A model generated the notes under the pieces. It did no database searches. It was not told where the DNA came from and saw only the letters and a program-made list of their open reading frames with translations. This document shows, in pieces, positions 9,251 to 17,865 of a stretch of DNA of 40,319 bases. A program made the translations under genes and the position numbers. Source of the DNA: Candidatus Nomurabacteria bacterium (GTDB lineage: Bacteria; Patescibacteriota; Minisyncoccia; Phycocordibacterales; UBA918); contig CP060229.1 of the NCBI GenBank assembly GCA_023898585.1, forward strand, positions 205,388 to 245,706, given 5' to 3'. The number at the start of each line of letters is the position of its first letter. Position 1 is the stretch's first letter.

Positions 9251-9294
9251 AACCCAAAGAAAAACACCTCATTCGAGGTGTTTTTCTTTGGGTT
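9251..9294 (-). terminator. Strong hairpin terminator overlapping the rplB stop codon
   Basis: Perfect 20 bp stem aacccaaagaaaaacacctc / gaggtgtttttctttgggtt with a 4-nt loop. It separates rplB from everything downstream. Confidence 0.8.
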
Positions 9295-10153
9295 ACCGTT
9301 TCCCGCCCATTAGCTTGCCGGGCTTGCGCCTCTGCACGATGAGTGTATTTGAATACTTCTTCGGTGAACGAGTCTTTTGACCCTTTCCGGTCGATCTTCC
9401 TTGTTTGGTTCGTTGACGGCGATGTCCTCTAGGAGAACGACCTTCACCACCTCCATGAGGATGGTCAACAGCGTTCTTAGCGGCGCCACGCACTTTCGGG
9501 CGCAATCCCATGTTTCGGGCGCGTCCCGCCTTACCGAGACTGACTAGGCGATTTTCTTCATTGGACACAGTTCCGATTGAAGCCCAAGCGTCATTCAAGA
9601 TCTTACGAATTTCAGTTGACGGCATCTTGAGCGAAGTTAATCGACTGTCTTGCGCGACCACTTCAGCAGAATTTCCACCGGAGCGGATCAACTTGGCGCC
9701 GGCGCCGGGATTGATTTCCACATTGTATACCACGGTACCAACCGGAATGTTCTTTAGCATTAGACGATTTCCAGTTCGTATTTTAGCTTTTTCGGAAACA
9801 ATAACTTCATCTCCCACTTTTAGTTTTTGTGGAGCGAGAATATACCGTCTCTCACCGTCTTTGTAGCATATAAGTGCGATGAAACCGGAACGATTTGGAT
9901 CATATTCGATTGCTTCCACTTTAGCTGGAACGTCCTTCTTGTCATACTTAAAGTCGACAAGACGGTAAGTTCGCTTGTTCCCATTACCACGATTTAAAGC
10001 GGTAATTCTTCCACCACTGTTTCGACCACCGGTACTCTTCTTGCCTCTCGTAAGAGATTTAAGAGGGTTACTTTGAGTGGTGGAAAGTTTTTTTCGGTAC
10101 TCGATAACTGAACCATCACGTCGTCCAGCAGATGTTGGTTTATATTTTTTCAT
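9293..10153 (-). CDS. rplB: 50S ribosomal protein L2
   Basis: 286 aa. The stretch ..VDHPHGGGEGRSPRG.. is the uL2 signature. Confidence 0.97.
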   Translation of the reverse strand: MKKYKPTSAGRRDGSVIEYRKKLSTTQSNPLKSLTRGKKSTGGRNSGGRITALNRGNGNKRTYRLVDFKYDKKDVPAKVEAIEYDPNRSGFIALICYKDGERRYILAPQKLKVGDEVIVSEKAKIRTGNRLMLKNIPVGTVVYNVEINPGAGAKLIRSGGNSAEVVAQDSRLTSLKMPSTEIRKILNDAWASIGTVSNEENRLVSLGKAGRARNMGLRPKVRGAAKNAVDHPHGGGEGRSPRGHRRQRTKQGRSTGKGQKTRSPKKYSNTLIVQRRKPGKLMGGKR

Positions 10154-10231
10154 AATGACCTGGTTAGAAAATAGTGGCTGAAAAGAATTTCAAGCCTTAT
10201 CTTCCTAACTAATAATTCTTATAAGACTCTT

Positions 10232-10282
10232 CAAAACGAATACTTTTAGGAAGGCTCTTTACCTCCTAAAAGTATTCGTTTG
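10232..10282 (-). other. Long hairpin H1 in the rplW-rplB spacer
   Basis: About 18 bp stem aaacgaatacttttagga / tcctaaaagtattcgttt with a 12-nt loop, inside an atypically long 281-bp spacer within the operon. Confidence 0.6.
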
Positions 10283-10359
10283 TTAAAGAGCTTATTCTTC
10301 TTTATTCCTTGTTCTTTCGAAGAATTTGATTTTAATTTAAATGAAACACGAGGCGGTTA

Positions 10360-10409
10360 GCTGAAAATTTTCGAGGTAGGCTTTGTGCCTTTTGAGAAAA
10401 ATTTTCAGC
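10360..10409 (-). other. Long AT-rich hairpin H2 in the rplW-rplB spacer
   Basis: 12 bp stem gctgaaaatttt / aaaattttcagc enclosing the small inner stem aggc/gcct. Confidence 0.55.
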
Positions 10410-10434
10410 GTACCAACGAAGTGATTCGTTAAAT

Positions 10435-10806
10435 TTAGACCAAATTTATGGTGTCACCTTTTTTAAGATACACATACGCTTTTTTCATACCTGAAACCTG
10501 TTTGGTACGGTTTCGACTTCCAACTAGGCGATGTGCCGGTTTTTTGTTAACGATGTTTACCTTCACCGGCGTCACATTGTAGAGCGCTTTTATCGCATCG
10601 CGCACTTCGTACTTGTTTGCTGAACGCTTCACTACAAAGGTGTAGACGTTTTGCTCGCTTTTATCCACCGCTTTTTCGGTGACACGAGGACGTGCGATAA
10701 CTGATGTCAGATCTCGGTCAGTAGACAATGATTTAGACACTTCCACCTTCGGAGATTCTGTAGCGCTCTCTTTTACGGTTTCTTTCTTCTTTCCAAAGAG
10801 AGCCAT
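10435..10806 (-). CDS. rplW: 50S ribosomal protein L23, with an N-terminal extension
   Basis: ..RPRVTEKAVDKSEQNVYTFVV..ANKYEVRDAIKALYNVTPVKVNIVN.. is the uL23 pattern. I take the start at MALFGKKK (10806), directly after the rplD stop, because the ORF-track start at 10887 overlaps rplD. Confidence 0.92.
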   Translation of the reverse strand: MALFGKKKETVKESATESPKVEVSKSLSTDRDLTSVIARPRVTEKAVDKSEQNVYTFVVKRSANKYEVRDAIKALYNVTPVKVNIVNKKPAHRLVGSRNRTKQVSGMKKAYVYLKKGDTINLV

Positions 10807-10807
10807 A

Positions 10808-11491
10808 TTATTTTGACTTAGGTTTTGTTGGGGCGAGACGCTTCTCAAGAACCTCAACCGAACTTGGAGCATCAGCCACAACAACATACTTATAAGTTAG
10901 GAGGTCAATCGGGTTAACATCCTTGGCCTGCGTTACCTCGATATTTCCGAAGTTTCGAAAACTTTTTTCAGTGGCGATATTTCTATCAGCCAACACCACA
11001 AGAGCCGTATTCTTTCGCTTGGTAGCAAGTGATTCTTGGCCAGAACCTTTAGCGATTGCGGTCAAGATCGTCTTAGCTTCCTTGGTTTTTGGCTCGGCTA
11101 TTGCCAAAGAATCCACAAACAAGACTTCCTGTTCCGTAAACTTCTTTGATAGAACACTAGCTAGAGCCTTGGCTCTGACTTTCTTGTTAATTTTAACCGA
11201 GTACACCCTTTCATTTCGTGGTCCGAAAGTCACACCGCCACCGGTCCAAATCGGTGAACGTCGAGAGCCATGTCTCGCACGACCAGTTCCCTTTTGTCGC
11301 CACGGCTTGGCGCCGGTTCCACTTACTTCACTACGATCTTTAGTGTGAGCGGTGTTTTCTCGGGCGTTGGCTTGCATACCGACAACAACTTCATGAACGA
11401 GGTCGGGATTCCAAGCTACACCAAACACAGTTTCCGGAAGCTTTATTTCACCGGTTTCTTTCCCTTCTCGAGAATATACTTTTGCATTCAT
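10808..11491 (-). CDS. rplD: 50S ribosomal protein L4
   Basis: 227 aa. ..KPWRQKGTGRARHGSRRSPIWTGGGVTFGP.. is the uL4 signature. Confidence 0.96.
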   Translation of the reverse strand: MNAKVYSREGKETGEIKLPETVFGVAWNPDLVHEVVVGMQANARENTAHTKDRSEVSGTGAKPWRQKGTGRARHGSRRSPIWTGGGVTFGPRNERVYSVKINKKVRAKALASVLSKKFTEQEVLFVDSLAIAEPKTKEAKTILTAIAKGSGQESLATKRKNTALVVLADRNIATEKSFRNFGNIEVTQAKDVNPIDLLTYKYVVVADAPSSVEVLEKRLAPTKPKSK

Positions 11492-11507
11492 AGATGAATA
11501 TAAGTGA

Positions 11508-12131
11508 TTACTTGGTCGCGTAGACCTCTACTAAAGTTCCTTTTCGACCCGGTACAGCCCCTGATATCACGAGGGTGTTTTCGTCTGGATTAACTTGAAG
11601 GACTTTAAGTCCTTTGATAGTGACGGTATCACCGCCCATGCGACCACCCATGCGAGTACCTTTGATCACGTGCCCCACTCCGGTCGCTCCGATTGATCCC
11701 GGCTCTCGCTCAGAATGCTTCTGACCATGAGAACGACGTCCTCCTTGAAAACCATGACGTTTTACAACACCCTGGAATCCTTTTCCTTTTGAAACAGCAG
11801 AAACGGTAATCTCGTCGCCTGGTTCAAAAATTGAAACATCAAGAGTGGAGCCTTTTTCCTTCCCTTCAATCTTCGCTTCTTCACCCGCTCGCGGACGAAA
11901 TTCTCGAGCCACTGCGACAGCTTTACCGAAATGGCCTTTAACCGCTTTACCGACACGGTGTTCTTTCTGTTCACCGGTCGCTAGCTGGACAGCGAGGTAG
12001 CCGTCTTTTTCTTCAGATTTCACCTGTGACACAGTCGCCGGTGCAATCTGTAGAACGGTTGCCGCACAACACACACCTTCCGTATTGAAGACCTGTGTCA
12101 TACCGGTCTTAGTTCCCAGAATAAATTTCAT
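11508..12131 (-). CDS. rplC: 50S ribosomal protein L3
   Basis: 207 aa, starting MKFILGTKTGMTQVF.. and containing ..GKGFQGVVKRHGF.., the uL3 pattern. Confidence 0.96.
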   Translation of the reverse strand: MKFILGTKTGMTQVFNTEGVCCAATVLQIAPATVSQVKSEEKDGYLAVQLATGEQKEHRVGKAVKGHFGKAVAVAREFRPRAGEEAKIEGKEKGSTLDVSIFEPGDEITVSAVSKGKGFQGVVKRHGFQGGRRSHGQKHSEREPGSIGATGVGHVIKGTRMGGRMGGDTVTIKGLKVLQVNPDENTLVISGAVPGRKGTLVEVYATK

Positions 12132-12181
12132 TCTTGTATGAACTTAACTATTAATAAATTGCTTTAGACCCTCAAAAACAA

Positions 12182-12264
12182 AACGCCACACCTTTGCAAA
12201 CCATATCAGCGCAAGTGGTGCAACACGTGCACCAAGCGCAAATTGCGTACAAAGGTGTGGCGTT
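12182..12264 (-). promoter_or_regulatory. Terminator-like leader hairpin upstream of rplC (candidate attenuator)
   Basis: Perfect 15 bp basal stem aacgccacacctttg / caaaggtgtggcgtt enclosing an imperfect upper helix. On the minus (sense) strand it is followed by TTGTTTTTG and sits about 50 nt before the rplC ATG. Confidence 0.55.
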
Positions 12265-12524
12265 GCCCATTGGTCTCCAGCGCTACTTTTCCACATCATT
12301 TATTAGCAAACTATGATTATCAAACACGATGTAAGATATTCACGTCAGCAAACAAATGACCACAAAAAAGTAGGGTTGGGTACGTAGGTCTTTAAAGCTG
12401 TCGCCAGTATACGGATATTGAACTGTTTTGCAAGCTTTTTTGTTATCTTTATTCTATTTTGCTGGTTGTTTGACGAATGCCTTTAGTGTGCTTGAAATCT
12501 CACTGTAACAAAAAGATAACAAAA

Positions 12525-12582
12525 AGGCCTGAAGGTAGCGAAAGTCGATGTTTACACATCAACTGTCGGTATCTTCAGGCCT
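12525..12582 (-). terminator. Hairpin terminator (minus-strand sense)
   Basis: 10 bp basal stem aggcctgaag / cttcaggcct, followed on the minus strand by ttttgttatcttttt. Confidence 0.6.
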
Positions 12583-12833
12583 GATTATTTACTGATAAGA
12601 TTCTTCTAAGCTATCCCTGATATTACAGTGGAAATATGCAGATAAGCCAATATACCTATCGTAGCAAGACTTAGACATTGAACCATCCAAGTATCTTCTG
12701 TTTGGAAGGTCATCTTATTGTCTGTTAAGTTTTTCATAAAACTTTTATTTTAAAGAACACTTATTTAAAGAACTATTTCTAATACTTCTCTTCTTTCCCC
12801 GTTCTTGTTTCTTGCGAAGCTTGAATGAGGCGA

Positions 12834-12897
12834 CAGGAGGCGAATCGCGTTTACCAGACGACGAGAAAGGCGAATCGCTAACGCGATTCGCCTCCTG
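12834..12897 (-). terminator. Hairpin(s) downstream of the TrmB-like gene, built from three copies of GGCGAATCGC
   Basis: caggaggcgaatcgcg (12834-12849) and ggcgaatcgc (12869-12878) can each pair with the same 3' arm, cgcgattcgcctcctg (12882-12897). Confidence 0.5.
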
Positions 12898-12977
12898 TTA
12901 ATTACCAGTATGAATCAAACGAAAAATCGTGCAAGTTTAGGGTGTGGATAACTTTCGACAAGCCATAGTAACACAGT

Positions 12978-13709
12978 TTACTTTGTTTGCTTCCATATAA
13001 ACTTCACAAACTGTCGTTGCAAATCTGCCATCGCTTGATTCTCAACTACCACTGCGTTCAAATCATCAAATGAAACAAGTAACAATTTGTCTCCTGCAAT
13101 AGTTATGTCAACAGAGAAGATGAACTCTTTGGGCAACAACTTTGATTTTGCAACTGGCCGTCCCCACTCTTCTTTTACATATTGAATTCCAGTTGGTGTA
13201 TTGAGCACAAGGTCACGCAAACTTCCCCCCTCACTCTTAATATTAGACAGAAACTCTTCCCCATCTTTCTGAGAAAAAACCTGAAAGTAACGTTCAGCTG
13301 CAAACATTGACCAAACGGTATGTGAAGTTTTCGTAATTTCTCTATACAAATTACGAAGAGATTCCTTTCCTTCATAAAATCTCAAAACTGGACGAGAAGA
13401 CGAATAAGCAAACATATTTTGTAGTTGGGGTAGTGCATCCTGAATACGTTTTTGCGCAGTTTCTGACATTTTTAATACTCTTTTAGGGTCTTCAGGATAG
13501 TACATTACTCTTTTACCAACAACTGTCTTACGAATCAGATCACACGCTACTATTCTATCGACGTACTGATAAATAGTTGGTCGCTTCAGCTCAGCATTGC
13601 GAGCAATGTCTGTCACTGTACTTTTTCCATGTTTTAAAACAGCCAAATAAACAGCGATTTCGACTTTATTTAACCCGATAGATGCCAAAGATTTAGAGAT
13701 GTTTTCCAT
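12978..13709 (-). CDS. TrmB-family transcriptional regulator
   Basis: N-terminal winged HTH ..IGLNKVEIAVYLAVLKHGKSTVTDIARNAELKRPTIYQYVDRIV.. is typical of TrmB-type regulators. The ORF-track start at 13712 is TTG, so I use the adjacent ATG. Confidence 0.75.
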   Translation of the reverse strand: MENISKSLASIGLNKVEIAVYLAVLKHGKSTVTDIARNAELKRPTIYQYVDRIVACDLIRKTVVGKRVMYYPEDPKRVLKMSETAQKRIQDALPQLQNMFAYSSSRPVLRFYEGKESLRNLYREITKTSHTVWSMFAAERYFQVFSQKDGEEFLSNIKSEGGSLRDLVLNTPTGIQYVKEEWGRPVAKSKLLPKEFIFSVDITIAGDKLLLVSFDDLNAVVVENQAMADLQRQFVKFIWKQTK

Positions 13710-13738
13710 CAACTCATTGTATTGTTTAATCTAGGAAA

Positions 13739-13755
13739 TGTCAATTTTTGTGACA
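13739..13755. promoter_or_regulatory. Palindrome TGTCA-N7-TGACA in the divergent promoter region (candidate operator)
   Basis: tgtcaatttttgtgaca lies between the TrmB-like gene and the divergent 13893 gene. A further TGTCA occurs 15 nt downstream. Confidence 0.4.
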
Positions 13756-13892
13756 CTTTTTTAGCTTGGCTGTCAAATAAAGTGTTTAAAAATATAGTTT
13801 TTTCACTTTAACATGCGAAAGTATTTTGTCTTTATTGCGTAAGTTCTTTACTATATTGCCTAGATATTTTGTTCAATGACAGGAGAAATAAA

Positions 13893-14576
13893 ATGCGTTT
13901 ATTAGAGATGGACACCAGACACCAATTGGGGTGTGGCAAGGCCACCATTGACTTTTCTGACACTCTAGACAATGACGAACCGGCGATTCGTAACGGAGAC
14001 CGTATCATTCTACGTGGTACAGATTTGGTGGCGGAATTCTTTCTCTTCAAGTCAGCTCCACTATTCTTGTTTGCCACTATCGTAGGTAGAGAAGATATAT
14101 CTGTGTGGTTTGGCGGTACTGATGAGCAACCTTTTCTGGTTAGACTAGACGCTGTTGCATTAAAAGGATTTATGAGAAATGGCGAAAATGCTTTTCTTGA
14201 CTCTCTGATACCAGGTAAGGTGAAGGCCATTTCCGAGACAGTACAAAATCCTGTTGTACGACAAGGCGACATGATTGGCACATCCATTGCAAAGTCTTGG
14301 AAAGACGTCGAGAAAGCATTTGAAACTACTTCTTTTTTGACCAACGAAAAAAGATTTAAGTTATGCTTAAACACAAATACCAACATGCGGATGTTTGATA
14401 CCCGTCACACTATAAATGGGGATTTGGCTCGAATAAAAAATAGTTCTGGCAATACGTTAAGAGGTATTATTGTGTTAGGTAAGCTTGAAGCTCCTGACCA
14501 TGCTCCTCAGGTTTGGGACACTCCGCATTTTGTTCAGCAAACCAATTTTCTCTACGATCCAAAAAATGCAGATTGA
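13893..14576 (+). CDS. Hypothetical protein (227 aa)
   Basis: Long ORF. I take the start at MRLLEMD, preceded by the SD gacaggag. No family recognised. Confidence 0.65.
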   Translation: MRLLEMDTRHQLGCGKATIDFSDTLDNDEPAIRNGDRIILRGTDLVAEFFLFKSAPLFLFATIVGREDISVWFGGTDEQPFLVRLDAVALKGFMRNGENAFLDSLIPGKVKAISETVQNPVVRQGDMIGTSIAKSWKDVEKAFETTSFLTNEKRFKLCLNTNTNMRMFDTRHTINGDLARIKNSSGNTLRGIIVLGKLEAPDHAPQVWDTPHFVQQTNFLYDPKNAD

Positions 14577-14615
14577 AAGACAGGCATACCGGCGTCTAAA
14601 ATGGAGATATAAATA

Positions 14616-14879
14616 ATGAGTGATGAATATGTGTACACTGGAATCTTTCTTAATCACGAGGATGAAGAACAGATACTCAAACTTCGTAGTACTCCTTGGG
14701 TTGATATTGATCCAATGGGCTCAAAATGGGGGCCAACAAGCAAGCCTACTAAAATGCCACCGGTGATTGTCGAAACACAACGTTTAGCCAAAGAAATCTA
14801 CAACCTCCCCGACCGAGGCGAAGATGGCTACGCCCTCATCGGTACACTGGGTTCGCTTGAATTTGTGTATCGCAATTAA
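14616..14879 (+). CDS. Hypothetical protein (87 aa)
   Basis: ORF with a GGAG SD, tightly following the previous gene. No family recognised. Confidence 0.55.
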   Translation: MSDEYVYTGIFLNHEDEEQILKLRSTPWVDIDPMGSKWGPTSKPTKMPPVIVETQRLAKEIYNLPDRGEDGYALIGTLGSLEFVYRN

Positions 14880-14895
14880 ATTTATTTTTCTTTTT

Positions 14896-14924
14896 ACAAC
14901 CACTTCTCTAAAGGAAGTGGTTGT
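14896..14924 (+). terminator. Hairpin after the 14616 gene
   Basis: 11 bp stem acaaccacttc / gaagtggttgt. The downstream tail is only weakly T-rich. Confidence 0.5.
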
Positions 14925-14936
14925 GTACTTTATACA
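14923..14936. promoter_or_regulatory. Partial copy of the island motif (TGT-N7-ACA core)
   Basis: GTGTACTTTATACA is identical over 14 nt to part of the motif copy at 28283-28301. Confidence 0.45.
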
Positions 14937-15014
14937 TAACTCTCCAGCTAATAGATGCTTATTATTTTGTCACAAAAGTAAACATGATACCCAAAACTAA
15001 ACTTGAAACATACG

Positions 15015-15044
15015 AAAAAAGAATCTCTCGCGAGATTCTTTTTT
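15015..15044. terminator. Bidirectional terminator downstream of rpsJ
   Basis: aaaaaagaatctc-tcgc-gagattctttttt. Confidence 0.7.
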
Positions 15045-15163
15045 CTTGACAATAATGTGTGCTCGTTAATCACTCATCTTGGCAATACTTGGAATTCTTA
15101 CCTTAGAAAGGGGGATAAAATCTAAGAAAGTTCACAATGGTCGGTGACTTTCCTTTGCTCACT

Positions 15164-15508
15164 CTACATCATCTTCACATCAATATTCACTCCCGATGGA
15201 AGAGACAAATTCGTCAGAGCCTCGACCACCTTGGGACCCGGATTGAGAATGTCGATAACACGCTTATGTGTTCGCATTTCAAACTGTTCTCGCGCGTCCT
15301 TGTGAGCGAAAGTCGAACGGTTTACCGTGTACTTCTTAATTTCTGTCGGAAGTGGAATCGGTCCAACTACGTTAGCGTCGAAACGCATTGCAGTATCGAT
15401 GATCTGTTTCACTGAGGAATCGAGTATTTTGTGCTCATAAGCACGAACTCTGATGCGAAGTTTGTTGATCGCACCGGCGCTTTTTTCTGTTGTTGTTTCT
15501 GTAGCCAT
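15164..15508 (-). CDS. rpsJ: 30S ribosomal protein S10
   Basis: 114 aa. ..[25 protein letters not shown].. and ..GPIPLPT.. are the uS10 pattern. Confidence 0.96.
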   Translation of the reverse strand: MATETTTEKSAGAINKLRIRVRAYEHKILDSSVKQIIDTAMRFDANVVGPIPLPTEIKKYTVNRSTFAHKDAREQFEMRTHKRVIDILNPGPKVVEALTNLSLPSGVNIDVKMM

Positions 15509-15582
15509 AGTAATTTCATGTTTCTACACATGCTCTGTACACGCAATCTAGGCTTGTAGTGCTTTAGATGCGCGAAAGGCGA

Positions 15583-15630
15583 GGAAATTTTTGTGAGATG
15601 TACTTAATGGTACTTCGAACAAAAATTTCC
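15583..15630 (-). other. Long AT-rich hairpin H3 in the tuf-rpsJ spacer (candidate S10-operon leader structure)
   Basis: 12 bp stem ggaaatttttgt / acaaaaatttcc, extended by aggc/gcct. It lies in a 238-bp spacer that also holds a 22-bp AT palindrome at 15662-15683. Confidence 0.55.
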
Positions 15631-15746
15631 GAAGCCTGACAGCGTAGAGAGCGAGGGTCGCAAATTTAAATTGATTTAAATTTATGACCGGGTGAACGCC
15701 CGCTGTATCGCTGATACAAAGCAGATGAAGTGCTATCAAGCTTAGA

Positions 15747-16940
<1,194 letters not shown>

Positions 16941-17361
16941 AAATAATACTTAATTTAGTATAAATAATAATTACCGCACACAATCGCTTAAAAAAGCGCG
17001 GGTTCTTTGTGTCCAATAGAGACGGCGCGAGAACGCCGCGTCTCGGTTGGAAACCAAGAAACGTGTGAAAGAGCAGTATATTTTCGCTCTACTACAGGTC
17101 CCACCTGTATGCAGTGAGAGAATACTACCAAAGAAGGAATATTTTGCAAGGAAAAAATATAGACGTCGTCAAATCAATGGCGACGCCGTTTCTATAATCA
17201 CTGTATTGTTTAAGTACGTGCCGAGCCGAGTAATGCCAGTGGTGAATTCCCGAATCTAAAATGCTTAAGTCGTCACGTCCAGTCGGTTGCCTTTGGCGAT
17301 AACTTCTGGTAGCCTGGCTCTAAACGTTCTACTACAAATCATTAAAATTTCAGGAGGTCAC

Positions 17362-17799
17362 ATGGACAGCAAAAATGTCGAGATGCTATTTCGGGCGATG
17401 ACAAAACTGGGTATAATTGACGACCCAACAGAAGCACTAGTGGCTGAGAAACAAGAGTACGGTGGTTGGAGAGTAAGTTTTGCAAGCCAGACACACACAA
17501 AAATCATCCTTCTGTCCGCTACTGAAATAGACTGGGATTTATCGTCATTGTTAAAAACTTTCGCCCAGCCGTATTTTAGTCATCGATCCAGAAGTAGCCA
17601 CATGAAAAAACTAAACAGTCTCATGGGTGTTAACCCTAGGTTTACTATTGTGCAAGGTCTTAACAAAAGAACAGTGCGTTCTCGGCTACTGCGTGTAATA
17701 AGTGACCAACGACTGATGCCTTTGGTTAAAACCTACCAGATGTTAGCTGAAGGCACTCTGTCCGATCATGAAGCAATGGGAATCACTAGAAACCAGTGA
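17362..17799 (+). CDS. Hypothetical protein (145 aa) inserted between fusA and tuf
   Basis: I take the start at MDSKNVEM, preceded by the SD caggagg. It is antisense to the flanking translation genes. No family recognised. Confidence 0.55.
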   Translation: MDSKNVEMLFRAMTKLGIIDDPTEALVAEKQEYGGWRVSFASQTHTKIILLSATEIDWDLSSLLKTFAQPYFSHRSRSSHMKKLNSLMGVNPRFTIVQGLNKRTVRSRLLRVISDQRLMPLVKTYQMLAEGTLSDHEAMGITRNQ

Positions 17800-17865
17800 T
17801 TTAGAAACAGCCAAAAGGCCGACAGTGTAACTGTCGGCCTTCGTCATTTTTATAACAATCAATAA

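Noticed and set aside
10807-10887. Longer N-terminus of rplW (ORF-track start 10887), and likewise the longer starts at 29436 (vWA), 13869, 17287, 24891, 25233 and 38158
   Set aside because: The extensions overlap the upstream gene or a terminator, or start at non-ATG codons. Internal ATGs with better context (operon junction or SD) were preferred.
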